From: a virus | Taxonomy: Duplodnaviria; Caudoviricetes | Reading direction: 5' to 3' (one strand) | Virus record (IMG/VR): IMGVR_UViG_3300047399_000091 | Span: 1-55,943 of that record | DNA: 55,943 nt | Shown: piece after piece, positions 45,698 through 55,376 of the stretch | Layout: each line of letters opens with the position of its first letter | Numbering within the stretch: the stretch's first letter is position 1 | Notes under the pieces: model-generated | What the model was told of the DNA's origin: nothing | The model's database searches: none | The model's input: only the letters and a program-made list of their open reading frames with translations | Position numbers and translations under genes: made by a program

Positions 45698-46126
45698 ATG
45701 GCGGACACAGCTGAAACTGTTGTCATTGAAGCACCGAAAAGGCGTGGCGGACGACAAAAAGGTCAAGTGGCGCTGAAGCGCCAAGCCCGAGAAAGACTAC
45801 TCGGCAAATTGGAGATGATGACCGTCACGCCCTTGGAGGTGATGTATTTGACGATGAAGGATTTTTGGGACAAGGACGAAAAGATTGCCGCCTGTGCAAT
45901 TGCGCGCGACTTGGCTCCGTATGTGCATCCGAAGCTCACCGCCATTCAGCAACAAATTGTAACAGACGACGCGCAGAAGGTTGCCGACGAGCGTGTCTTC
46001 GACAAGCTCCTCAACGCACTCGAGATCGGCGTGACGATGCGCAATGATCTTGTGAATGGGCGCGTTAGCGGGAAGGTCGTGGCGCAGCAAACCACGCTCG
46101 TTCAAGAGGACGTGGAGCGCGAATGA
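45698..46126 (+). CDS. Terminase small subunit (putative)
   Basis: GGRQKG, TPLEVM, LAPYVHPKL; overlaps terL start. Confidence 0.7.
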   Translation: MADTAETVVIEAPKRRGGRQKGQVALKRQARERLLGKLEMMTVTPLEVMYLTMKDFWDKDEKIAACAIARDLAPYVHPKLTAIQQQIVTDDAQKVADERVFDKLLNALEIGVTMRNDLVNGRVSGKVVAQQTTLVQEDVERE

Positions 46127-47544
46127 ACGCTGCGATCGACCCAGCGATTCTTGCGGGTGCGCGCAAACAATTTGCATTGCTCGGTGCGGATAAGCAAGCC
46201 GCGTATGAAAAGCGGATCGGCTGGCTCAGCACCGCCAAGAAGCATCAGCTGCCGCCGAAAGACCTCTGGTGGAGCATTTGGCTGCTGCTGGCAGGGCGTG
46301 GCGCCGGAAAGACACGCTGCGCTGCGGAGTGGACTTGGTGGTCTGCTTGGACAAACACCCGCACACGCTGGCTGGTGAGTGCACCGACGAGCGCCGACGT
46401 GCGTGACGTTTGCTTCGAAGGCGACTCAGGTCTGATGAGTGTGATTCCGCTGGAGATCGTGCAGGATTACAAAAGTTCGCTGCACGAGATCACGCTCAAA
46501 AACGGTTCGATAATCAAGGGCATCCCTGCCTCTGAGCCTGGAAGGTTCCGAGGTCCACAGTTTCACGGTGGCTGGCTCGACGAGCTGGCTGCTTGGGATT
46601 ACCTCGACGACTCGTGGGACATGATTCAGTTCGGCATGCGCCTCGGTCAGCACCCACTGCTGGCTTGCACTTCCACGCCGCGCCCCAAGCCCAAGATCGT
46701 GGAGCTGGTTGAGCGCGACGGTGAGGATGTGGCTTACACCGTGGCTTCCACTTACGACAACCGCGAGAATTTGGCGCCCAAGTTCTTCGAGCAGATCGTG
46801 CAGTATGAAGGCACAAAGCTCGGTCGCCAAGAAATCTACGCCGAGATCCTTGACCCTGAAGAGTCGGGGATCGTGAAACGTGATTGGTTCAAGCTCTGGC
46901 CAGCCGACAAGCCGCTGCCCCGATTCGAATACGTCGTGCAGTCGTACGACTGTGCAACTTCCGACAAGACGCACAACGACCCGACCGCATCCACTGTGTG
47001 GGGCGTGTTCAAGCCCAGCGACGACAAGCCGATGAGCGTGATGCTCATCGACTGCTGGACGGAATACCTTCAGTATCCCGAGCTCAGACCCCGAGTCATC
47101 GAGGAATACACCTCGATCTACGGCGATGAGAACGAGTTCGGTCACGGAAAAAAGGTCGACATGATCCTGATCGAGGACAAGTCCGCAGGCATTTCACTCA
47201 TTCAGGATCTGCAACGCGCAGGGTTGCCGGTGCGGTCGTACAATCCTGGCGCAGCCGACAAAACGATGCGTCTCAACATTATTTCACCCATAATTGCAAA
47301 AGGGCGAGTATACTTGCCCGAATCCACTCAGAAGCAGGGATTTGCACGCTCGTGGTGCGAGCCATTCATAAACCAGATCTGCTCGTTCCCCGAGGTGCGC
47401 CACGACGACTTGGTCGATAGCACGACACAAGCGTTGCGGATCCTGCGCGACATAGGATTCTTGACGATCGATTATCTGCAGAACAATTCTGACCTCTACG
47501 TTGACGAAACAAAACCTCGCAGGGTGAACCCGTATGCCGCCTGA
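46123..47544 (+). CDS. terL: Terminase large subunit
   Basis: AGRGAGKT Walker A, RGPQF..WLDE Walker B, C-terminal HDDLVD nuclease motif. Confidence 0.95.
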   Translation: MNAAIDPAILAGARKQFALLGADKQAAYEKRIGWLSTAKKHQLPPKDLWWSIWLLLAGRGAGKTRCAAEWTWWSAWTNTRTRWLVSAPTSADVRDVCFEGDSGLMSVIPLEIVQDYKSSLHEITLKNGSIIKGIPASEPGRFRGPQFHGGWLDELAAWDYLDDSWDMIQFGMRLGQHPLLACTSTPRPKPKIVELVERDGEDVAYTVASTYDNRENLAPKFFEQIVQYEGTKLGRQEIYAEILDPEESGIVKRDWFKLWPADKPLPRFEYVVQSYDCATSDKTHNDPTASTVWGVFKPSDDKPMSVMLIDCWTEYLQYPELRPRVIEEYTSIYGDENEFGHGKKVDMILIEDKSAGISLIQDLQRAGLPVRSYNPGAADKTMRLNIISPIIAKGRVYLPESTQKQGFARSWCEPFINQICSFPEVRHDDLVDSTTQALRILRDIGFLTIDYLQNNSDLYVDETKPRRVNPYAA

Positions 47545-49783
47545 CCAGCCGACCATTGACGATATGCGCTTGGCGCTACAACGCCAAGCTCAGGAAACAA
47601 TTCAACCGACGCCGCAGTCCGAGTTCGAGAAGGCGGTCGGCTCGCTCGGTGGTTACATCGACGCAGCGGGTCGCTTTGTGCGCTCGGCGACAGAGCCCAT
47701 CGCTCAATCGCACCCCATACGCAGCTGGCTCGCTCAGAACCTTATCGCAGCGCCACTGCGCAATGTTGGCACAGCGATGCAGGATTGGACTGGCACCGAG
47801 CGCGACATCACGCCCAAAGACCCTCGCTACACACCTGGACCATTTTATGGCGGTAGCAGCATGACGCTCAATCCGCAAACTTGGGGTCCAGCGATGCAGA
47901 CCTTCCGCACCGACCCACGCGCACTGGACGTGGCAGCGGTTGCTCCGATTGCCGCCTCGGCTGCACGCAAAGCCGCTGCGCCTGTTGCTCGCGCCGCTGG
48001 TGAGGCACTGAACGCTCGCCTGCTTGCGGGTGAGTCGCTGGTGCCTGGACTTCCGGCTTCCGTGGCGCCGAACCCGCTCGCTTTTGCGGTTAAGCCCAAA
48101 GGCGGCAATTGGCTGCCTAATGAGGTCGAATCGGCTCTGCAAAGTATTAGACCTTCAGGTCCAGGAGGCTCTGACGCCCAGACTGCACTCAGAGATTTCG
48201 ACGCTGCATATCCACAAAAAAACTTACAGCCTGAAATGCTCGATTTACGTAACCAGCTCGTCAGAGATTCAGCGATGAGTAACTGGGTTGATAAAAAGCT
48301 GACTGGCTACATAAAGAACGAGCTCGCCACACCTGAAGACCCTTTGCGCGAGCTCGCTGATAAGGGCGTTTCTCACATAAATAACTTGGGAGCAGCTTGG
48401 CTAGATCAACCGCATTGGGGTGTTAGCCAATCACAGCGACGAAAACGTATTGCTGCCGGAATGCCAGAAGAAGGTTACGCAAAAACGAGAGCAGGCAAGG
48501 ATTGGGAGGCGAGGAGTGACTTCAGCGTTACTCCCAATTCTTTGAAAGAATACGCACTGTACAATGAACTTCTCTCTCCGAGACTCAGAGCTGATTTGTC
48601 TGATTTGGAGAAAGCGCTCGAAAAGAATCCTGAGGCTAAAGTTAATGAGCTTTACGGAAACGCAGCGCAGTATCTGGAGTTCGATCACCTCGTCGACGAA
48701 TTGCGTAACGCGATCGATCCCTCTTCCAATCTACCGAACAATCTCCGGTTGACACCTGAGAAGCTGCAGAAGGTCACCGTGCCACAGGCGGTCGAGCTCG
48801 TCAGCAAGATCAACGATTGGCGAGCTTTAGAAGCTGCCAAGGCTGAAAAGGCTGGCATGCTTGAGAACCTCAAAGCTGCATCTCGATTAGACATACCAGA
48901 CGTGCAGCTCTCGTTCGTCAAGGAGCCTGGCATGCACTGGTCAGATCTCGCCGATGCTAAAACTAAAGAGGGGATGAAACTTTGCAATACGATTGGTAGG
49001 CAAGCGGGTTGGTGCACAGAGTCGAAAGAGGCAGCTCTAAGATACGGCTCGGGAGAAAACAGGCTCGCTGTCATGATGGACGCTGATGGTCGTCCGCATG
49101 TACAGGCAATGATCAGTCCTCCTCTTCGAAACAACGTCCCGATGTATGGATCAAATGACTGGTCTAATTTGTTGCATGCTAACATGGAGGAAATCCTTGC
49201 TCATCGTGGATTCAATGTCTCGGACGAAATATCTGATGCGATTTGGTACGACGAAGCTCATAAGCTACCAAAAGAAATAAGAGACACCCTTCATGAAGTA
49301 GAAAAAAAAGCTGAAAAAATTATAGAAATGTCAAGGCGTGAAAAGGCACCTGAGAATCCACCCGACATCGCAGAGCTAAAGCCTGTAGGTAACAATTTCG
49401 AAAGCGACCGTGCTAAGGAGTATGCGCGTCGCGACCCTCAATACGAAGAGAAAATCACCGATTCAGTACTGAAGTTCCTGAACTCGCGTGAGTGGGGAAC
49501 TGTTGATGATTTGCACCACTACGACATCGTAGATCGGAAAAATACAACATCAATTCAAACTGCACTTAAGGAAATTTTCAGAAGGGGAGTTGATTTCAAT
49601 AAAAATTTCTATGAAATGTCTGATGAAATCTATAATAATACTAGTGCTCCTCGGTTTATCAACTTTAGCCAAATGCGTGATATTGTAAAATCATCAGAGC
49701 CTAAAACTTATGCCCAAGGTGGCATTGTTCGATTGGCCAAAGACCAAGACGCCATGCGCTACGAACTTATGAGGAATAAATAA
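47534..49783 (+). CDS. Large protein with PcfJ-like domain between terminase and portal
   Basis: GRQAGWCT..YGSG.NRL..DADGRPHV; C-terminal YAQGGIV. Confidence 0.6.
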   Translation: MPPDQPTIDDMRLALQRQAQETIQPTPQSEFEKAVGSLGGYIDAAGRFVRSATEPIAQSHPIRSWLAQNLIAAPLRNVGTAMQDWTGTERDITPKDPRYTPGPFYGGSSMTLNPQTWGPAMQTFRTDPRALDVAAVAPIAASAARKAAAPVARAAGEALNARLLAGESLVPGLPASVAPNPLAFAVKPKGGNWLPNEVESALQSIRPSGPGGSDAQTALRDFDAAYPQKNLQPEMLDLRNQLVRDSAMSNWVDKKLTGYIKNELATPEDPLRELADKGVSHINNLGAAWLDQPHWGVSQSQRRKRIAAGMPEEGYAKTRAGKDWEARSDFSVTPNSLKEYALYNELLSPRLRADLSDLEKALEKNPEAKVNELYGNAAQYLEFDHLVDELRNAIDPSSNLPNNLRLTPEKLQKVTVPQAVELVSKINDWRALEAAKAEKAGMLENLKAASRLDIPDVQLSFVKEPGMHWSDLADAKTKEGMKLCNTIGRQAGWCTESKEAALRYGSGENRLAVMMDADGRPHVQAMISPPLRNNVPMYGSNDWSNLLHANMEEILAHRGFNVSDEISDAIWYDEAHKLPKEIRDTLHEVEKKAEKIIEMSRREKAPENPPDIAELKPVGNNFESDRAKEYARRDPQYEEKITDSVLKFLNSREWGTVDDLHHYDIVDRKNTTSIQTALKEIFRRGVDFNKNFYEMSDEIYNNTSAPRFINFSQMRDIVKSSEPKTYAQGGIVRLAKDQDAMRYELMRNK

Positions 49784-52308
49784 TGGCTGAGATGCCCATT
49801 CCGCAGGAATACGACCGCCACATCGAACCCATTCCTGACGAGCAGCAAAATCTCGAAGGCGACGAGTCGGTTTATGAACTCTTCAACGAGCAGCAGGAAG
49901 TTGAGGAGCTGCCTGACGGCTCCGCGATTGTTCGACTCGACGACCTAAAAGGTCCAGAGGAGTCGCCCAATTTTTACGAAAACCTCGCCGAGAAGTTCGA
50001 CGCGAATGAGCTGGCTTCTGTGGCGCTGAAATACCTCAACCTTATCGAAAAAGACAAGGACGCAAGGGAAGAGCGCGACAAGCAATACGAGGAAGGTTTG
50101 CGTCGCACCGGTCTTGGGCACGACGCACCTGGAGGCGCGCAGTTTCAAGGCGCTTCCAAAGTTGTGCACCCTGTGATGGCGGAGGCTTGTGTAGATTTCG
50201 CCGCTCGCGCGATCAAAGAGATGTTCCCTCCGGATGGTCCTGTAAAGACCAAGATCATCGGCGAGCTGAGTGAGCAAAAGGTCGAGCGCTCCGAGCGCAA
50301 ACGCGACTACATGAACTGGCAACTCACCGAGCAGATCGAGGAATACCGCGACGAGCAGGAGCAGATGTTGACGCAGCTGCCACTCGGCGGCTCGCAATAC
50401 TTGAAGCTCTGGTACGACGAGCACAAAAAGCGCCCATGCGCTGAGTTTGTGCCTATTGATAACATTTACCTCCCCTTCGCAGCGGCAAACTTCTACACCG
50501 CCGAGCGCGTCACGGAAGTGCAAGACATCACGCAGGAAACCTACGAGCTCAGGGTTGACTCTGGGCTTTACAAAGACGAATCAGTTTATAAGGTTTCCGA
50601 CCTGCCCGAGGAAAGCAAGCCTCAGAAAGCCAACGACAAGATCGAAGGCAGGAGCTCCAAAGCCGAAAACGTCGACGGCATCCGTCGCGTCTTCCACATT
50701 CAAACTTGGATGGAATGGGACGACGACAAGTTCAGCAAAGGCGACCGCGCACCATACATCTTGATGGTTGACGAAAACGAGCGCGACGTCGTCGGACTCT
50801 ACCGCAACTGGGAAGACGGTGACGAAACACTCAGCAAGCTCGACTGGATCGTCGAGTTCAAGTTCATCCCGTGGCGCGGTGCTTACGCCATCGGCTTGCC
50901 GCACCTGATTGGTGGGCTTTCCGCTGCGCTCACAGGTGCGCTGCGGGCACTGCTCGACTCAGCCCACATCAACACCGCACCCACGATGCTCAAGCTCAAA
51001 GGTGCAAAGATCAGCGGTCAAAGCACGGCCATCGAACCAACGCAGGTGGCAGAGATCGAAGGTGCTCCAGGCGTGGACGACGTGCGCAAGATCGCCATGC
51101 CGGTGCCGTTCAATCAACCTTCACCGGTGCTGTTCAGCCTGCTCGGGTGGCTCGACGGTGCAGCTAAGGGTGTCGTCACCACGTCGGAGGAGAAAATCGC
51201 TGACGCCTCCAACAACATGCCGGTCGGCACCGCGCAAGCGCTGATCGAGCAGGGTGCTGCGGTTTATTCCTCGATTCACGCTCGGCTCCATGGCGCGCAA
51301 AGGCGTGTGTTCAAAATTCTGGCTCGGTTGAACCGGTGGTATCTCAACGAGCAGGTGAAGAAAGACCTTCCTGAGGATTTGAAAGTCGAGCCTGATGATT
51401 TCCGAGTCAACTCGGACATAATCCCTGTCTCCGACCCGAACATCTTTGCGGAAAGCCAGCGCTATGCGCAGATTCAAACGCTGGCGGCACGTGCTGCGGC
51501 TAACCCTGATCTTTACAACCGGTTGGCGGTGGAGAAGCGCATTCTGAAGCAGGTCAAAATCCCCGACATAAATGAAGTCCTCCCCGACCCGCAAGATGTC
51601 AAGGAGATGAACCCTGCGCTGGAAAATGTTGCCATGACTCTGGGTAAGCCTGTGGGTGCTTTCCCGATGCAGGATCACATGGCTCACCTGATAACGCACA
51701 TCGACTATTTCAAAGACCCGATGTACGGCTCCAATCCGATCATGGCGCCAGTTTTCTTACCTGCATTCCTTGAGCATGTGAAGCAGCACCTCACGCTTTG
51801 GTATTTGAACCAAGTGGACGGATACACCTCTGCGGCGCTCAATCGTCCGTTCAATGTTCTGAAAGTTGAACCGATAATGCTTGAGGCGCAAAAACTCGTC
51901 GCTGCTGCTGGGAAGCACGTGCATCAGGACACTCAACCTCTCGCTCAAGACCTCCTCCCTGCGGTTCAAGCTGCGCTGCAAATGGTGCAGAAGATGCAAG
52001 GTCAGCAGCCCATGCCGCCTGAGATTCAAGCGCTGGTGCAAACGCAGATGGCTGAAACTCAGCGCAAAGCCGCTTACGACGAATCCGACCTCAAGCTCCG
52101 CGCCAGCAAGCAACAGGCTGAGGATGTAAAAGACGCTGAAAAGATGAAACTCGATCTGATCAAAAACACCGAGGACAATCTCACTCAGGAGCGCATCAAG
52201 TCAGCGGAGCTAACAAACGACGCTGCACGGTTGCAACATGAGCAAGTGCAAACGGCTATCGAAGCTCAAAACGCAATTCAATCTAACCTAGGAGAGCAAA
52301 ATGCCTGA
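49783..52308 (+). CDS. Portal protein (P22-like, long)
   Basis: 841 aa after terL; GASKVVHP, FIPWRGAYAIGL, IPVSDPN; Gln-rich helical C-terminus. Confidence 0.88.
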   Translation: MAEMPIPQEYDRHIEPIPDEQQNLEGDESVYELFNEQQEVEELPDGSAIVRLDDLKGPEESPNFYENLAEKFDANELASVALKYLNLIEKDKDAREERDKQYEEGLRRTGLGHDAPGGAQFQGASKVVHPVMAEACVDFAARAIKEMFPPDGPVKTKIIGELSEQKVERSERKRDYMNWQLTEQIEEYRDEQEQMLTQLPLGGSQYLKLWYDEHKKRPCAEFVPIDNIYLPFAAANFYTAERVTEVQDITQETYELRVDSGLYKDESVYKVSDLPEESKPQKANDKIEGRSSKAENVDGIRRVFHIQTWMEWDDDKFSKGDRAPYILMVDENERDVVGLYRNWEDGDETLSKLDWIVEFKFIPWRGAYAIGLPHLIGGLSAALTGALRALLDSAHINTAPTMLKLKGAKISGQSTAIEPTQVAEIEGAPGVDDVRKIAMPVPFNQPSPVLFSLLGWLDGAAKGVVTTSEEKIADASNNMPVGTAQALIEQGAAVYSSIHARLHGAQRRVFKILARLNRWYLNEQVKKDLPEDLKVEPDDFRVNSDIIPVSDPNIFAESQRYAQIQTLAARAAANPDLYNRLAVEKRILKQVKIPDINEVLPDPQDVKEMNPALENVAMTLGKPVGAFPMQDHMAHLITHIDYFKDPMYGSNPIMAPVFLPAFLEHVKQHLTLWYLNQVDGYTSAALNRPFNVLKVEPIMLEAQKLVAAAGKHVHQDTQPLAQDLLPAVQAALQMVQKMQGQQPMPPEIQALVQTQMAETQRKAAYDESDLKLRASKQQAEDVKDAEKMKLDLIKNTEDNLTQERIKSAELTNDAARLQHEQVQTAIEAQNAIQSNLGEQNA

Positions 52309-52588
52309 AAACTACATCAACATGCATAAACGCATCGCCATGGGTCAACCCCATGCCGAAACGCATCTCAAGAAAGGCGGCTCCGTCAAGCGTTACGCTT
52401 CGGGCGGCGCTGTGGCAGAGTCCAAAGCGGCAAACCTTCCCGCTCGTGGCGACAAACGCAATGCGGGCGTCGACTTCAATGCGGGGAAGTCCAAGGTCGC
52501 CACGATGAAGCGCGGTGGCGGCGCTAAGAAACCTGGAATCATGATCGCGATCGCGGTTGGGAAGAAAGGTGCAGCACGAGGTCGTTGA
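52301..52588 (+). CDS. Small basic GG-motif protein
   Basis: LKKGGSV, YASGGAV, MKRGGGA. Confidence 0.7.
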   Translation: MPENYINMHKRIAMGQPHAETHLKKGGSVKRYASGGAVAESKAANLPARGDKRNAGVDFNAGKSKVATMKRGGGAKKPGIMIAIAVGKKGAARGR

Positions 52589-52776
52589 TGCCCAAGCTCA
52601 ACGACTTCATCGATGCCATCAAACACCGACAGCATGAAATTGCAGAGTCGCTTGTCAGAGGCGGCTGCGTTAATTTCGAGACCTATCAGCGTTTGGTTGG
52701 CCAACACCAAGGGTTGCAAGAATCCTTGGATATAATCAACAGTCTGTTAGAAGAGGAAAACAAAGATGTCGAATGA
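52585..52776 (+). CDS. Small head-module protein
   Basis: G...FETYQRLVG...GL; precedes GroES-like gene. Confidence 0.7.
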   Translation: MMPKLNDFIDAIKHRQHEIAESLVRGGCVNFETYQRLVGQHQGLQESLDIINSLLEEENKDVE

Positions 52777-53188
52777 TATCGAGCAGACGCTTGAACAAGC
52801 GTTTCCTGAAGTTGACCCGCTTATGACGCCGTATGGCGGTCGTGTTCTGGTTCAGCTCCGCGCAGTTAAAGAAAAAGTAACTCAAGCTGGACTTTACATT
52901 CCGCAAGAAACAAAAGAAACCGAAAAGTGGAACACGATGATTGGTAAAGTGATCGCGATTGGTCCTTTGGCATTCAAGAATCGTGAAACCATGGCCAGTT
53001 GGCCAGAAGGTTCTTGGGCTCAGGTTGGCGAATATGTTCGAGTGCCTAAATGGGGCGGTGATCGCTGGGAGATCGAATTCACCGACGAGCTGGGTGCGAA
53101 AGGGAAAGCGTTGTTCACGTTTTTCAACGATCACGAGCTAATCGGCAAAGTTACCGGAGACCCGAGAGCAATTAAAGCATTCATCTAA
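52766..53188 (+). CDS. GroES-like co-chaperonin
   Basis: PYGGRVLV..T.AGLYIP..GKVIAIGP..VGEYV..ND.ELIG. Confidence 0.85.
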   Translation: MSNDIEQTLEQAFPEVDPLMTPYGGRVLVQLRAVKEKVTQAGLYIPQETKETEKWNTMIGKVIAIGPLAFKNRETMASWPEGSWAQVGEYVRVPKWGGDRWEIEFTDELGAKGKALFTFFNDHELIGKVTGDPRAIKAFI

Positions 53189-53208
53189 AGTTTTGAAAGG
53201 AAAACTGT

Positions 53209-54201
53209 ATGAATCAGACGGACAAAGCAGAAATGCAGATCGAGGAAAGTCAAGACGGTGGTGCAACCGTCACGCTTCCTGAGGTAGAAAGTGATTCGAG
53301 CGCTGAAAAAAGCGTAGTAACTGAGGATTCCAACGAAAATTCGTCGGAAAATGAGTCTAATCAGGTTGAAAACACTGAGTTAGAGGAGCAGGACGAGGAT
53401 CGCGAGGCAATTCGCGCTGCTCGCCGTGAGGAAAGGAAGCTCAAAAAACAGATTCATCGTGAAAAAGCTCGTGAATCAAACCACCTTATCAGTGCTCTGA
53501 AGAAGCAAAACTCTGAGCTTTCTGAGCGGTTGGCTTCGTTGGAGCGGAAAACCTCAGGCGCAGAGCTCGCACGCGTCGACAAAGCAATTGAAGACGCTGG
53601 AGTGCAGGTTGAATACGCCAAAATGAAAATGAAAGAGGCGGTCAACTCGCAAGATGGGGATTCTCTCGCACGTGCGCAGGAGCTCTGGTATGAGTCGAAG
53701 CGTAAGCTCGAATCGCTTGAAAACATAAAACACAACGCGACCAAGCAGCTCACTCAGCCTCAGAAGAATATCCAAGCACCCGACCCGATGGTTCAGCGTA
53801 TGGCGGCAGATTGGATGGAATCCAACCCGTGGTACGACCCTCACGGTCGGAATGAAGAATCACAAATAGCGCAAATCGTCGACAAAAAACTCACCGAGGA
53901 GGGTTACGACCCAACCACTGAGGATTATTGGGACGAGTTGGATGAGCGCATGAAAAAATACTTGCCCCGAAAAAATAATACGGGTTATAATCAGGAGAAT
54001 GTTCAACAAAAACGACCTCGATCTGTGATGACAAGCTCTGGCAGAGAAACGATGGCAACTACTAAGTCGAATGAATTCAGACTTAGCCCTGACCGCGTCG
54101 CTGCGATGAAAGAAGCTGGCTTGTGGAACGACCCCAGGCTCCGTCAAAACGCCATTCGCAAATATGCCGAGTGGGATCGTCAAAACAAGAATCGAGGCTA
54201 A
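53209..54201 (+). CDS. Scaffolding protein (putative)
   Basis: Acidic N-terminus, long coiled coil, W..NPW; between portal and capsid. Confidence 0.7.
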   Translation: MNQTDKAEMQIEESQDGGATVTLPEVESDSSAEKSVVTEDSNENSSENESNQVENTELEEQDEDREAIRAARREERKLKKQIHREKARESNHLISALKKQNSELSERLASLERKTSGAELARVDKAIEDAGVQVEYAKMKMKEAVNSQDGDSLARAQELWYESKRKLESLENIKHNATKQLTQPQKNIQAPDPMVQRMAADWMESNPWYDPHGRNEESQIAQIVDKKLTEEGYDPTTEDYWDELDERMKKYLPRKNNTGYNQENVQQKRPRSVMTSSGRETMATTKSNEFRLSPDRVAAMKEAGLWNDPRLRQNAIRKYAEWDRQNKNRG

Positions 54202-54203
54202 AA

Positions 54204-54743
54204 ATGGACAATCGTCTTAAAAAGAATCTCTCCGGCGCTGGTCGCGAAAATCGTTCCGCAACTGTCGATGCAAGTCGCGCAGCACCTGAACAGAAATTTG
54301 TTTCTTCCGAGGAGCGTCGCAGGATGTTCCGCTCGGAGTGGCTACAAGAGGCACTTCCGACCCCGCCAGAAATTCCTGGCTTTCACTTATGCTGGCTCTC
54401 TTCCACCAACCAGTACGACCCAATCCATAAACGTCTCCGCATGGGCTACACGCCTGTAAAAGCCGAGGAGCTTCCTGGCTTTGAAAACTACCGTGTTAAG
54501 GCTGGCGAGCATGAAGGTTTTGTTGCTTGTAACGAAATGATTCTTTACAAGATGCCTGAAGATGTTTATCAAGAGATTATGACCGAAATGCATCATAATG
54601 CGCCTCTTGATGAACAAGAAAAGATCAAGGTTCAACAAGATCAGCTCCTCAATGCAAAAGATAGCAGTGGTAACCGTTTGGGCATGGTAGAAGGCGACGG
54701 CATGAATTTTGACCAAACAACTCGAGCGCCTGTTTTCGAATAG
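54204..54743 (+). CDS. Head-module protein
   Basis: LPTPPEIPGFHLCW..GYTPV..LYKMP. Confidence 0.7.
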   Translation: MDNRLKKNLSGAGRENRSATVDASRAAPEQKFVSSEERRRMFRSEWLQEALPTPPEIPGFHLCWLSSTNQYDPIHKRLRMGYTPVKAEELPGFENYRVKAGEHEGFVACNEMILYKMPEDVYQEIMTEMHHNAPLDEQEKIKVQQDQLLNAKDSSGNRLGMVEGDGMNFDQTTRAPVFE

Positions 54744-54767
54744 AGCTCGTTTTTCAAGGAGTTAAAC

Positions 54768-55358
54768 ATGTCTGCTACTAATGCTCCGTTTGGTCTGCGC
54801 CCTGCTTACTTTCCAACAGGGTTGGAACGTGCTCAAGCGCTGACTAACGGTATTGCTTCGGGCTACAGCTCGAACATTTTGAAAAACCAGCCTGTGGTTT
54901 ATGGCTCGACTGCCAATGGTGGCACGCTCGGAACCATTATCCCCGCCGCTGCAACGGGTGCTGTCACTGGCGCTTTTGTGGGTGTGGAATGGACCGACAC
55001 CACCGGTCGTCGTCGGGTCTCGAACTATTGGCCTGCAAGCACCTCTGGCACCAACATTGTTGCGTATTTCTACAACGACCTCAACATCGTTTACGAAATC
55101 CAATCCGATGCCACGATTGCACAAACCGCTATCGGTAACGAATACAATTTCAGCAACATCACTGCTGGCTCGACCACCACTGGGCTTTCTGCCGCGACGC
55201 TTGGCGTTTCGACAGCTGCCGGTGCTGGCAACCAAGCTCAGCTGCGCGTTGTTGACATTGCCGCGTATCCCGATAACGCTTGGGGGGACGCATACGTTAT
55301 TGTTCGTGTCCAGATCGCTAACTCGCAATTCTACGGTGCTGTCACCGCAGTTGCTTAA
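54768..55358 (+). CDS. Head decoration/minor capsid protein
   Basis: NAPFGLRP N-terminus; directly upstream of capsid gene. Confidence 0.7.
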   Translation: MSATNAPFGLRPAYFPTGLERAQALTNGIASGYSSNILKNQPVVYGSTANGGTLGTIIPAAATGAVTGAFVGVEWTDTTGRRRVSNYWPASTSGTNIVAYFYNDLNIVYEIQSDATIAQTAIGNEYNFSNITAGSTTTGLSAATLGVSTAAGAGNQAQLRVVDIAAYPDNAWGDAYVIVRVQIANSQFYGAVTAVA

Positions 55359-55376
55359 CATCTAGGAGACTGACAA

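Noticed and set aside
25003-47544. Inteins or introns in DnaE, primase, helicase or terminase
   Set aside because: Lengths are compact, motifs are contiguous, and no splice or homing-endonuclease motifs were seen.
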